Source: Candidatus Bathyarchaeia archaeon
GTDB lineage: Archaea > Thermoproteota > Bathyarchaeia > Bathyarchaeales > Bathycorpusculaceae
Assembly (NCBI GenBank): GCA_038883775.1
Contig: JAVZLM010000005.1
Location: 64,001-128,000 of the forward strand
Direction: 5' to 3'
DNA length: 64,000 nucleotides
A model generated the notes under the pieces. That model was not told the origin of the DNA and did not search any database. It saw only the letters and a program-made list of their open reading frames with translations. Position 1 is the stretch's first letter, and the number at the start of each line of letters is the position of its first letter. Below, piece by piece: positions 8,809-18,958 of this stretch. The translations under genes were made by a program, and so were the position numbers.

Positions 8809-10146
8809 ATGACAAAACAAATCATGCACATAGGACTGGACGATACAGACTCCATAAGAAGAGGATGCACAACATACATTGCCGCCCTCTTAGTGGAAAA
8901 ACTGCAAAAATTAAATGCCAACTTCATTGATTACCCAAACCTAATTAGATTAAATCCTAACGTGCCATGGAAAACTAGGGGAAACGGAGCCCTCTGCCTA
9001 AGAATACAATACAATAAAAATGTTGAGGAAAAAATCAAAGAATTAGCCATAAGTATGGTGGAGGAGAATGCGGATTTAGAATTTAAAGGCACAGACCCAG
9101 GCATAGTCTTCTTTAAAGGAAAACACATACCAAATGAGATCAAAAATTTTGCCAAGAACACAATCACTGGAATTGTAAGTCTAAAAGAGGCATTAAAACT
9201 TCTGAAAAAGTTTGGGGCGGAAGCGGTTGGCTTCAAAAAGGGTAGAGGCATAATTGGCAGTTTAGCAGCGGTTGGCGAAACCCTTCACGGAGATCACACC
9301 TACGAGATACTTGCGTATCGTGTCCCAGAAAATTGCGGTTCAAAAAGAAGGGTGGATGAGGCTTCAATTTTTGAAATGGATAAGGCTACAGCGCCCTACA
9401 CGTTCAATAATGTGGACCAAGAAAAGCACAGAGTAATCATTACGCCGAGGGGACCAGACCCGATTCTTTTTGGAATTAGGGGTGAAACTCCAGAAATTGT
9501 AAAGAAGGCATTTGTCATGGTTAAGCCTTTTGAGCCTATAGAACGATGGGTTATATTTCGAACAAATCAAGGAACAGATGCGCATTTAAAAAGGGTTGCA
9601 AAACTGAGCGAAGTTAAGCCTTACCATCCAGTTATAGCTAGAGGAATTGTGGCGGCGAATCCAAAAATGATTCCTCGAAGGCATGTGATTTTCTCAATTG
9701 AAGATGACAGCGCTCAAGTGGACTGTGCAGCCTACGAGCCTACAGGCGTTCTTCGCCGTGCCACAATGAAGTTATTGGTTGGGGATTACGTTGAAGTTTA
9801 TGGTGGGGTAAGGGCGCCATCAAAAAAGAATCCATTAACTATAAACCTTGAAAAGATTCGGCTGTTGAAGTTGGCGCCAAAAATTGTTTACCAAAATCCA
9901 GTGTGCACTAAATGTGGAAAACGATTGAAATCCATAGGAAAGTATAAGGGTTTTAGATGCGAAAATTGCGGTTCTAGATACGTTAACATTGGGAAAGTTA
10001 AGGTTAAAATGAAACGAGAAATAAGAAAAGGACTTTACATAACATCCACCAGGTCTCAAAGACATTTAACAAAGCCTTTTAGGCGTTATGGAATGGAAAA
10101 ACACAAAATAAACGGAAAGCTAATTGATTGTTGGCATTTTCCTTAA
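8809..10146 (+). CDS. tiaS: tRNA(Ile2) agmatinylcytidine synthetase
   Basis: IGLDDTDS, GCTTY, RLNPNVPWKTRGNGA, TNQGTD, OB fold, CxxC zinc ribbon. Confidence 0.96.
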   Translation: MTKQIMHIGLDDTDSIRRGCTTYIAALLVEKLQKLNANFIDYPNLIRLNPNVPWKTRGNGALCLRIQYNKNVEEKIKELAISMVEENADLEFKGTDPGIVFFKGKHIPNEIKNFAKNTITGIVSLKEALKLLKKFGAEAVGFKKGRGIIGSLAAVGETLHGDHTYEILAYRVPENCGSKRRVDEASIFEMDKATAPYTFNNVDQEKHRVIITPRGPDPILFGIRGETPEIVKKAFVMVKPFEPIERWVIFRTNQGTDAHLKRVAKLSEVKPYHPVIARGIVAANPKMIPRRHVIFSIEDDSAQVDCAAYEPTGVLRRATMKLLVGDYVEVYGGVRAPSKKNPLTINLEKIRLLKLAPKIVYQNPVCTKCGKRLKSIGKYKGFRCENCGSRYVNIGKVKVKMKREIRKGLYITSTRSQRHLTKPFRRYGMEKHKINGKLIDCWHFP

Positions 10147-10154
10147 TTTTTTCT

Positions 10155-10391
10155 TTACTCGTTTACTTTGAAAATTTCGCACAGCATTTGATAAAGCTCA
10201 TCGCCGCCCTCCACTTTCGAAAACAGATCTTTTTCGGCTTTAAGCAATCGTCCCATGGTTTGATAGGTTCTTCTCCATTCCAGTTCCTGCCACATCATGC
10301 GGTAATGTTTCTGTTCAATCCAAGCCCTAAAAATCAAGACAGCAAACATACCCAACGTAACTATAAGATTTAATATGTAAAGGTCCAGCAA
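10155..10391 (-). CDS. Small hypothetical membrane protein
   Basis: One N-terminal TM helix; GGAGGTGA RBS upstream. Confidence 0.65.
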   Translation of the reverse strand: MLDLYILNLIVTLGMFAVLIFRAWIEQKHYRMMWQELEWRRTYQTMGRLLKAEKDLFSKVEGGDELYQMLCEIFKVNE

Positions 10392-10472
10392 ACCCTTTTC
10401 ACCTCCTTTCTTTTATTTAGCAAAATACATTTAAATCAAACTTGCGATAGCACTTCAAAAGAGAGATATCCT

Positions 10473-10781
10473 ATGAGCGAAATTATTTCGCCGCTTGCTT
10501 ATCAGTTGGGGTTAGGAGGCATAGGCGGTTTCATAGTTGGATATGCTGTAAAAAAGCTAAGCAAGCTAATAGCCATTTTAATAGGCTTATTTATAATAGC
10601 ACTAATTTATCTAAGCACACAAGGGATATTAAGCATAAATTATGAGAGACTTTTTGATTCATTAAAAAATGCTTTGGGATTGGTGGGTCAAGCAGCAGAA
10701 TGGTTCATTAGCTTAATATCGCTACTTCCCTTCATGGGAAGCTTTGTTGTTGGTTTCCTGCTTGGCTTTAAGCTTGGGTAG
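10473..10781 (+). CDS. FUN14-family membrane protein
   Basis: QLGLGGIGGFIVGYAVKK...G.LSINY...GSFVVGFLLGFKLG. Confidence 0.85.
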   Translation: MSEIISPLAYQLGLGGIGGFIVGYAVKKLSKLIAILIGLFIIALIYLSTQGILSINYERLFDSLKNALGLVGQAAEWFISLISLLPFMGSFVVGFLLGFKLG

Positions 10782-10858
10782 TGAAATAGTTTAAATTTGT
10801 GAAGCTCTTTAATCCATTGGAACTTGAAATTAAAGAATTTATTGGAGTGTCTTAAACG

Positions 10859-13660
10859 TTGGAGAAAAAGTTTCCAGCAGAGGAGTACAGCGTCCCATTC
10901 TTTAAGGAAATGGATTATGTGAGGAAGCTTTGTCCAAAATGTGGAGATTATTTTTGGACGCAAAATCCAGAGCAACAAACTTGCGGAGAAGCAAGAAAGG
11001 AAGGTTGCGCTTTTTACACTTTTATAGAAAACCCGCCCACAAAGAGAAGCTACACTTTTGGCGAGATGCGAGAGGCTTTCTTATCATTTTTTGAAAGGCA
11101 TGGGCATACCCGCATAAAGCCTTATCCCGTTGTAGCCCGATGGAGAGAAGACATTTACCTAACACATGCAAGCATCATCGACTTTCAACCCTACGTAACT
11201 GAGGGAATTGCTCCTCCACCAGCAAACCCCCTTGTGATTGTTCAGCCCTGCATTCGTTTAGTGGATATTGCCAACACTGGTCCAACTTTTGGAAAGTATG
11301 AAACTGTTTTTGAAATGGGGGGGCATCACGCATTTAATTATCCAGACAAGGAGGTTTATTGGAAAGACCAAACCGTAAGGTACCACCATGAGTTTGCTAC
11401 AAAAGAATTGGGCATTAAATCTGAGGAGATTGTTTACAAGGAAGAAGTTTGGTCTGGTGGCGGAAATGCTGGTCCATGTTTAGAAACTATTGTTCGAGGA
11501 CTGGAGCTTGCAACACTTGTTTTTATGCAATACAAAGTTATTAACAACGAATTCATCAAATTGCCCATAAGAACCGTCGACACCGGCTACGGCATTGACC
11601 GTTTTACATGGATCTCTCAAGGTGCGATCAGCGGTTTTCACGCAGTTTATGGAGAATTGCTTGACAAGATTTTTGAAATTGTGGGAATAACCAGCGTTGA
11701 CAAGGATTTGTTGGCGAAGGTGGCAAGAGTTTCCGGTTTGGTCAGTTTGGATAAAACAACTGGCATGTGGGAAGTTAGGAAAAAAGTGGCGGAAATTATT
11801 GGAGTGAAAGTTGAGGAACTAGACGCTTTTCTCTCGCCTATCGAAAATGCTTTCGCCGTGGCTGACCACACGAAATGTTTAAGTTTCATACTTTCCGAGG
11901 GCGTAGTTCCATCAAACATTCAGGAAGGCTATTTGGCGAGACTGCTTTTCCGCAGAATCTACCGACTATTAAAGATGTTGGGTGTTCCGGAAAAATTGCC
12001 AGACATTATAGACATGCAAATTAGTTTCTGGTCTAAGGATTATCCTCACCTTAAGGAGATGCGAGACGAAATAATGGAAATGCTTTCAGTTGAAAACGAA
12101 AAGTTTCAAGAAACAATAAAGAGGGGCGAGGGGCTGGTTAAGCGAATATCCAGCGAATTGAAAACCAGAAAGGCGCATGAAATTCCTGTGGAAACTTTGA
12201 CGGAGCTTTATGATTCTCATGGGCTTCCACCAGAAATTGTTAAGCAGATTGCGGAAGAAGAGGGGTTAAGCGTGAATATTCCAGAAAACTTCTACGCATT
12301 AATCGCAGAAAGACACATGCAAACAACAAAACCAGTAGAAGAAGAAGTTAAACCCGAAGAATGGTTGGAAAAAGAAGTTTCGGAACTCCCTCAAACAATA
12401 CCCCTCTATTATCAGGACCAATACATGAAAGAGTTTGATGCAACAGTCATCAAAGTAATAGATAATGATTATGTGGTTCTTGATGAGACATGCTTTTATC
12501 CAGAAGGCGGAGGACAACCAGCAGACACGGGCTATTTCCTATTCGACGGAAAAAGGGTTGATGTTGTTGACGTTAAAAAAGTCGGCAAAGTAATAGTCCA
12601 CAAAATTAAGGGCGAAGCCATTCCGAAAGAAGGCAGCATTGTTAAAGGTGTTATTGACTGGGAAAAGCGGTACAGTTTAATGAAGGCACATACAGCAACT
12701 CATTTAGTTAATGGCGCTGCAAGGCGTGTTTTGGGACAGCACGTTTGGCAGTTTGGAACACAAAAAGGCATTGAAACCTCAAGGCTGGACATATCCCATT
12801 ATCGCCGATTGACGCCAGAAGAAATTCACAAAATAGAAACTTTGGCAAATCAAGCAATTCTAAAAAACATGCCTGTGGAAACCCTTTGGATGCCAAGAAG
12901 CGAAGCAGAAAACCAATATGGTTTTAGACTCTATCAGGGCGGTGCGGTTCCAGGCAAAGAAATCCGCGTGGTAAAAACTGGAGACTGGGATGTAGAAGCG
13001 TGCGCTGGAACTCACTTGAAAAGCACAGGAGAGATCGGCTTCATAAAAATAATTCACACAGAAAGAATTCAAGATGGCGTTGAAAGACTCGTATATTCAG
13101 TCGGAATTCCCGCCCTAAAAACAGTACAAGAGAAGGAAAGGCTGCTATGGAAATTGTCGGAAATTTTGAACGCTCCAGTAGAAAAACTGGACAAAACAGC
13201 CGAAAAACTCGTGAAAGACTATAAGGAAGTCATAGCAGAAAGAAGAAGGCTGATTAAGGAATTAGCGGAACGGGAAAGCGCAAGTTTGGGAGCAAAACCA
13301 ACCGAAAAAATTAAAGAAATAAGCGGCGTCAAAATAGTAATACGCGATTTTCAAGATTCCATTGATGTTGACCGCATGGTTCAAACAGCCAACGAAACAA
13401 TCAAGAAGGACGATGCAACGGTTACAATATTTTATGGAAATGACGGAAAAAATGCGAGAATTATGGTTATGGTTGGTAAAGCTGCTCTGGAAAAAGGTGT
13501 AAACGCAAACGAAATTGTAAAAGAAGCATCAGCAATAATAGGCGGCGGAGGCGGTGGAAAACCAAACTTCGCCCAAGGCGGAGGAACAAAAATCGAAAAA
13601 CTAAAAGAGGCGGTTAAGAAAGCTGAAGAAATCTTGAAGAAACAATTAAAACCCGAATAG
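10859..13660 (+). CDS. alaS: Alanine--tRNA ligase
   Basis: ASIIDFQP, QPCIR, DTGYG, editing HTATH and CAGTH, C-terminal GGGGG. Confidence 0.97.
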   Translation: MEKKFPAEEYSVPFFKEMDYVRKLCPKCGDYFWTQNPEQQTCGEARKEGCAFYTFIENPPTKRSYTFGEMREAFLSFFERHGHTRIKPYPVVARWREDIYLTHASIIDFQPYVTEGIAPPPANPLVIVQPCIRLVDIANTGPTFGKYETVFEMGGHHAFNYPDKEVYWKDQTVRYHHEFATKELGIKSEEIVYKEEVWSGGGNAGPCLETIVRGLELATLVFMQYKVINNEFIKLPIRTVDTGYGIDRFTWISQGAISGFHAVYGELLDKIFEIVGITSVDKDLLAKVARVSGLVSLDKTTGMWEVRKKVAEIIGVKVEELDAFLSPIENAFAVADHTKCLSFILSEGVVPSNIQEGYLARLLFRRIYRLLKMLGVPEKLPDIIDMQISFWSKDYPHLKEMRDEIMEMLSVENEKFQETIKRGEGLVKRISSELKTRKAHEIPVETLTELYDSHGLPPEIVKQIAEEEGLSVNIPENFYALIAERHMQTTKPVEEEVKPEEWLEKEVSELPQTIPLYYQDQYMKEFDATVIKVIDNDYVVLDETCFYPEGGGQPADTGYFLFDGKRVDVVDVKKVGKVIVHKIKGEAIPKEGSIVKGVIDWEKRYSLMKAHTATHLVNGAARRVLGQHVWQFGTQKGIETSRLDISHYRRLTPEEIHKIETLANQAILKNMPVETLWMPRSEAENQYGFRLYQGGAVPGKEIRVVKTGDWDVEACAGTHLKSTGEIGFIKIIHTERIQDGVERLVYSVGIPALKTVQEKERLLWKLSEILNAPVEKLDKTAEKLVKDYKEVIAERRRLIKELAERESASLGAKPTEKIKEISGVKIVIRDFQDSIDVDRMVQTANETIKKDDATVTIFYGNDGKNARIMVMVGKAALEKGVNANEIVKEASAIIGGGGGGKPNFAQGGGTKIEKLKEAVKKAEEILKKQLKPE

Positions 13661-13791
13661 TTAGGGAAAGAGAGTAAAGGATTAATGCAAGTTCTGTTAT
13701 GACTTGATATGGTGTTTAAACGTGAGGAATAGCGTTCTCTGTCCGTGAAAACAAAACCTTTAATATCCCTCAAACCAATTCAGAAAGTTTT

Positions 13792-16671
13792 ATGGAATTT
13801 TTAAAGAAAATAGAAGAAAAATGGCAAAAACAATGGGAAACAGCAAAAATCTTTGAGGCAAACCCAGATCCAAACAAAAAGAAATTCTTCATAACCTTCC
13901 CATATCCATACATGAATGGACCCCTCCACGTAGGCCACGGCTTCACAGCCTCCCGCGTAGACGTATACGCACGATTCAAAAGAATGCAAGGCTACAACGT
14001 GCTCTGGCCATGGGCATGGCATTGGACAGGCCAACCACTATTAGGTGCAAGCGAACGTGTAGCAAAGGGCGATGAAGAATTCATAAAAGTTTTAAGAGAA
14101 GTGGATGGCGTTCCAGAAGAAGAACTCAGAAAATTTAGTGACCCAATTTGCATGGCAACATACTATACAAACGATGGACGAACCGCCGCAAAAAAGGCCG
14201 GCTTCTCGATTGATTGGAGAAGAGAATTTAACACAATAATGCCCACTTATCAAAAATTTATAGAATGGCAATATGAAAACCTCAAAGCGAAAGGCTACGT
14301 TTCAAGAGGGACGCATCCAGTTGTTTGGTGTGCAAAATGTCAAAGCCCAACAGGAGACCATGACCGCCAAGTTGGAGAAGGCGTAACTCCAGAAGAATAC
14401 ACGCTAATAAAGTTTAAGCTAAATCATGAAACCATTTTGCCAGCAGCAACTTTCCGCCCCGAAACAATTTACGGCGTAACCAACATGTGGATAAATCCAG
14501 ACGCAACCTACGTCGAAGCTTTGGTAGACAGCGAAACTTGGATAATAAGCGAAGAGGCAGCCCAAAAAATGAAAGAGCAAGGGAGAAACGTGAAAATAAA
14601 ACGAACACTGAAAGGGAGAGAGCTCATAGGAAAAACCTTCGAAAACCCAGTAACAAAAGAACGTTTCCCGATACTTCCAGGATGGTTTGTCAACTCAAAA
14701 CAAGCAACAGGCGTTGTTTACAGCGTTCCAGCCCATGCACCATACGATTGGTTAGCCCTCAAAGACCTACAAGAAAAACCAGAAGTATTACAGGAGTTTG
14801 GCATAGACCCAGAAACTGTGAAGAAAATAAAGCCCATTTCCCTAATCAAAGTAGAAGGATTCGGCGAATATCCAGCCATCGAAATAGTGGAACAGTTAGG
14901 CGCCAAAAACCAGCACGACCCAAAGGCTGAAGAAGCAACAAAAATACTCTACAAGAAGGAATTTCATGGCGGAATCCTAAAAGAAAACTGCATGGAATAT
15001 TCTGGAAAAATAGTTAGAGAAGTGAAGGAAAACCTAATAAAGGATTTTAAAAACCGCGGAATCGTAGACTCAATGTATGACCTACCACAACCAGTGGTTT
15101 GCCGCTGTCTAACGCCATGCATCGTCAAAGTCTTGCAAGACCAATGGTTCCTAAACTATTCAGACTCAGAATGGAAAGAAAAAGCAAAAGAAGCCATAAA
15201 TCAGATGAAAATTTACCCAGAAACCGCAACCCAATGGTTCTTAACAGTAATTGACTGGTTGAAAGAGTGGGCTTGCGCAAGAAGAACAGGATTCGGCACA
15301 CCATTACCATGGGGAGAAGGTTGGATTATAGAGACGCTAAGCGACTCAACAATTTACATGGCTTTCTACACAATAAACAAACACATAAAAGAAAACAATA
15401 TACCGCCGGAGAAGCTCACTAAAGAAGTTTTCAACTACATTTTCTATGGAGAAGGAAACGCGGATACAATAGCCGCACAAACTGGAATAGAAGCCAAAAC
15501 TCTCGAAGAAATGCGAAAAGAATTCCTATACTGGTATCCAGTGGACTTAAGAGTTTCAGCCAAAGAACTCGTCCCCAACCACCTAACATTCTTCGTATTC
15601 CACCACACAGCGCTTTTCCCACCGCAACACTGGCCAAAAGGAATAGGCGTAAACGGCATGCTAATGATAGAAGGGAAACAAATGCATAGGCATCTGGGAA
15701 ACTTCATACCCCTAAAAAAAGCCATAGAAAAATATGGGGCAGATGCCACGAGATGCGCCTTATTATTAGCTGCGGAGGGAATGGATGACCCAGACTGGAG
15801 AAGCGAAAACGTTAAAGACATACAAAATAAACTCGAAACATTCTATAATTTTGCAAAAAACATAATAGAACAAGCCAAAAGCACAGAAACTGGACACATG
15901 GAGAAATGGCTCATGAGCATCTTACAACACCGCATAAAAGAAGTCACAGAAAATTTGGAAGAAATGAAAACAAGAACAGCCCTAGAAATCGCTTTATTCG
16001 AAACATGGAACGACTTTCGCTGGTATATACAAAGAAAAAAGACAATAGAATCTAAGACTCTAAAAGAAGCCCTAAAAACATGGCTAAAATTGCTCGCACC
16101 ATTTGCACCGCACATATGTGAAGAATTGTGGAGCGAAATGGAAGAAGAGAGTTTCATCTCACTTGCTGAATGGCCAAAAATTAATGAAGAGCAAATAGAC
16201 ATACTAGCAGAGGAAAAGGAAAACTTCATAGAAGACTTAATCGAAGACACATTAAATGTCTTAAAAGCAACAAAAATCACTCCCCAAAAAATATTCTATT
16301 ACACAGCCAACTCATGGAAATGGAAAGTCTACCAAAAAATTTTAGAGAAATCAAAACGTGGAGAAGTAAAACTAAACGAACTCATGAAAGAATTCACCAC
16401 AGAAAAAGAATTGAAAGAAAAAATCAGAGAAGTCGTAAAATTCGCTTCAAACATCTTAAAAGAAATAAAATTAATACCAGAAAACAGAAGAGAAAGCATA
16501 TTACAAATAAAACTCGACGAAAAAAGGATAATTGAAGATGCAAAGGAATTTTTAATTGAAAAATTCAAGGCGCAAATCATTGTCTATACCGAAGATGACA
16601 AAGAAATTTATGATCCCCGACAAAGAGCAACAATAGCTATGCCGCTCCGACCAGCAATTTACATAGAATAA
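13792..16671 (+). CDS. leuS: Leucine--tRNA ligase (archaeal type), atypical KMSKS
   Basis: PYMNGPLHVGH, DHDR..GEG, ATFRPET, SVPAHAPYD, LSDSTIY; KMSKS position reads QMHRH. Confidence 0.95.
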   Translation: MEFLKKIEEKWQKQWETAKIFEANPDPNKKKFFITFPYPYMNGPLHVGHGFTASRVDVYARFKRMQGYNVLWPWAWHWTGQPLLGASERVAKGDEEFIKVLREVDGVPEEELRKFSDPICMATYYTNDGRTAAKKAGFSIDWRREFNTIMPTYQKFIEWQYENLKAKGYVSRGTHPVVWCAKCQSPTGDHDRQVGEGVTPEEYTLIKFKLNHETILPAATFRPETIYGVTNMWINPDATYVEALVDSETWIISEEAAQKMKEQGRNVKIKRTLKGRELIGKTFENPVTKERFPILPGWFVNSKQATGVVYSVPAHAPYDWLALKDLQEKPEVLQEFGIDPETVKKIKPISLIKVEGFGEYPAIEIVEQLGAKNQHDPKAEEATKILYKKEFHGGILKENCMEYSGKIVREVKENLIKDFKNRGIVDSMYDLPQPVVCRCLTPCIVKVLQDQWFLNYSDSEWKEKAKEAINQMKIYPETATQWFLTVIDWLKEWACARRTGFGTPLPWGEGWIIETLSDSTIYMAFYTINKHIKENNIPPEKLTKEVFNYIFYGEGNADTIAAQTGIEAKTLEEMRKEFLYWYPVDLRVSAKELVPNHLTFFVFHHTALFPPQHWPKGIGVNGMLMIEGKQMHRHLGNFIPLKKAIEKYGADATRCALLLAAEGMDDPDWRSENVKDIQNKLETFYNFAKNIIEQAKSTETGHMEKWLMSILQHRIKEVTENLEEMKTRTALEIALFETWNDFRWYIQRKKTIESKTLKEALKTWLKLLAPFAPHICEELWSEMEEESFISLAEWPKINEEQIDILAEEKENFIEDLIEDTLNVLKATKITPQKIFYYTANSWKWKVYQKILEKSKRGEVKLNELMKEFTTEKELKEKIREVVKFASNILKEIKLIPENRRESILQIKLDEKRIIEDAKEFLIEKFKAQIIVYTEDDKEIYDPRQRATIAMPLRPAIYIE

Positions 16672-16770
16672 ATTATTCAATTGACAATTGCGACAATGAA
16701 CCTAAGATGGTTGGTGATTTCTTCTTTCGCTAACGTCGTCACCCAATATCACAATTTACTAATGAAATAG

Positions 16771-17046
16771 TTACAAGATTCTCGACATTAAACTCAGAGT
16801 GCGAGAATTAACCCTAATGTGATAATTCCTTCGTCCTCTACTGGTTGTTGTGACATAGAAATCTTTTCCTTCACGAAGTTTGCTTCCATACAAAAAGGCC
16901 AAAATGGTGCGACAAACATTCACGTTAGTTAATTTCTCATCTGCAACTCTCTTTTCAATCTCTTCTTGTAAAACTCTAGGATTAATTGTGTAAATAACCT
17001 CGGAATCTTGTCCCACTTTTTCGTAGTGTATCTCCATCTCTTTCAA
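16771..17046 (-). CDS. Hypothetical protein
   Basis: 91-aa ORF filling the gap between leuS and tRNA; no motif recognised. Confidence 0.6.
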   Translation of the reverse strand: MKEMEIHYEKVGQDSEVIYTINPRVLQEEIEKRVADEKLTNVNVCRTILAFLYGSKLREGKDFYVTTTSRGRRNYHIRVNSRTLSLMSRIL

Positions 17047-17273
17047 AAGAAAGTTGACTATGTCATAATAGGGTGACTTGCGGTTTTGAATTAGAAATAT
17101 GTAATTAACTAGGGGGATGGGAATGTTAAAGCGGTGAATCTCTGAGATCTTCGCCCCCTCCCTAATAAAGTTAATTTAACGCTTATTTAAAAGCTTTAAG
17201 TAACATTTTTCTATAGAGAATTTTCAATTAATACAGATAAAATTATTATTTGTGCCCACTATCACATCTTGTA

Positions 17274-17368
17274 GGGTCCGTGGCGCAGCTTGGATAAGGC
17301 TAAATTCCAAAAAGCGCGTCGGCCTTCTAAGCCGGAGATCCTGGGTTCAAATCCCAGCGGACCCGCCA
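17274..17368 (+). tRNA. tRNA-Arg(UCU) with ~17-nt intron in the D-loop (about 17296-17312)
   Basis: Acceptor GGGTCCG/CGGACCC, D-stem GCGC/GCGC, anticodon arm TCGGC-CTTCTAA-GCCGG, T-arm CTGGG-TTCAAAT-CCCAG, encoded CCA; extra segment folds as a BHB-like motif. Confidence 0.92.
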
Positions 17369-17462
17369 TTGTTCGTTTCGGAACGGAAATTTTAAATTAG
17401 TAATGCAATAATAAATGGTAAACGCTTTAAGATTGACGTGTCAGTGTATAAGGGGGGTTGCC

Positions 17463-18218
17463 ATGAGCACGCATGTTGATGAGTTAAAGCTTCGTTTGAT
17501 GACTATTGAACTGCTTAGGACGGCCAAGTATAAGCGGAATATTACTTATCGTGAGTTAGCTTCCAAAACTGGTTTGCCCGTAACTGTTTTGAGCAGATAT
17601 GCTAAAGGACACGTTTTGCCGAATACTGCGAGGGCAAGGCAGCTTTGGAAAGTTTTAAATAAGCTTGTTGGTTTGGAGACTGAATTGCGTAATAGGATAA
17701 AGTTTGATGAGGAAGGTTATTTTGATAATACTGATATTGTTGGGGATTTTAACATTTTACAGCAGGCGGCTAATCATGCCCTTGCAAATTTTGCAGGAAA
17801 ACGGGTTACAAAGGTTTTGACGGCGGCTGTGGATGGCATACCATTGGCAACTATGGTTGCCAGCGCTTTGGGAGTGAACCTCATAATTGCGAAGAGAAGC
17901 AAAGAAGTTGGAGTTAAGACTTTTTTGGAAGAAACTTATGCGCTTAGGGATTCAGGCGTAACCATGACGCTTTACATTCCAAAAGACGCCATCAAAAAGC
18001 GAGACAGCGTTTTGATAGTGGATGACATGATTAAGACTGGAGAAACCCAAGCGGCTTTGGTGAACCTTGTTAGAAAGGCAAAGGCTGAAATTTCAGGATT
18101 TTTTTCCCTTATAGCTGTGGGCGAAGAGTGGAAGAAGAAGCTTAAACTTTCTGGAGAATGCCCAATAGAGGTTATCACTTATGTTAAGGCGCCTTCGGAG
18201 CAGAGCACTCGCTTTTAA
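17463..18218 (+). CDS. HTH + type I phosphoribosyltransferase (PurR-like regulator/purine PRTase)
   Basis: N-terminal HTH TYRELASKTGLPVTVLSRY; PRPP motif VLIVDDMIKTGET. Confidence 0.85.
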   Translation: MSTHVDELKLRLMTIELLRTAKYKRNITYRELASKTGLPVTVLSRYAKGHVLPNTARARQLWKVLNKLVGLETELRNRIKFDEEGYFDNTDIVGDFNILQQAANHALANFAGKRVTKVLTAAVDGIPLATMVASALGVNLIIAKRSKEVGVKTFLEETYALRDSGVTMTLYIPKDAIKKRDSVLIVDDMIKTGETQAALVNLVRKAKAEISGFFSLIAVGEEWKKKLKLSGECPIEVITYVKAPSEQSTRF

Positions 18219-18903
18219 CAGGACAAGAAGCACATTTGCCCTTTCTGCAAGAATCCTTGCCAAGCCTTAGCAGTGCTGTTTCAAAATTTATGAAGGATTT
18301 TCCTTCAACCTTGTTTCTGAGCCAAAAATCCTCTAATTGTTTTAAGGCGTTTTCGCGTTTTTCTTTTTTGATTATTCCAAGGTTTTTTGCTGCAAGCAGA
18401 ACGAGGCTTGTTGGTTCTAGTTTGGCTTTACCCCATATATCGCGGAGTTCTCTTAAGAAAATGTTTACTGTTACTTCTCCAATGCCCTTCCCCAAACTTT
18501 TTAGGCGACTTTTCAAGTCTTGCATGTCTGAAGCTTGGTTGTAGAGGAGGGTTAGGCTTCCATTGTATTTTTGAGTGAGGTTTTGCATAACTTCGAGGAG
18601 TTTGTCTGCAGTTTTAAAGTCGTAACGTGTGTAGCTTCCTTCATCTAATATTCTGACAAGTCCGTCCCATCCAGTTTGGAGAATTCGCTGAGGCGTTAAT
18701 ACACCATATTTTTGGAAGCACTTGTAGGTTTTAATGACGGAGTTTTCTGTTATTGGAGCGCCAAAAAGTATTGAGGCAAAAAACCATTTGAAAATTTCTT
18801 CGTCTTTGCCGCTTGCTAGATCGATGTCTAATGTTTCAGCGTATCTTTTTCCAAAATTTTCCACAAGAATCCTAAGGCTTTCCTTTCTCATAACGAGGTT
18901 CAC
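18184..18903 (-). CDS. HhH-GPD (endonuclease III-like) protein
   Basis: HhH LGKGIGEVTVNIFLRE; C-terminal CRKGKCASCPVKSEC FeS-type motif. Confidence 0.75.
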   Translation of the reverse strand: MNLVMRKESLRILVENFGKRYAETLDIDLASGKDEEIFKWFFASILFGAPITENSVIKTYKCFQKYGVLTPQRILQTGWDGLVRILDEGSYTRYDFKTADKLLEVMQNLTQKYNGSLTLLYNQASDMQDLKSRLKSLGKGIGEVTVNIFLRELRDIWGKAKLEPTSLVLLAAKNLGIIKKEKRENALKQLEDFWLRNKVEGKSFINFETALLRLGKDSCRKGKCASCPVKSECSAPKAP

Positions 18904-18958
18904 TTTCTAACATATTTTATACTCGTTCCGGCATAAACAATTTACTGAGGCAAACGCG

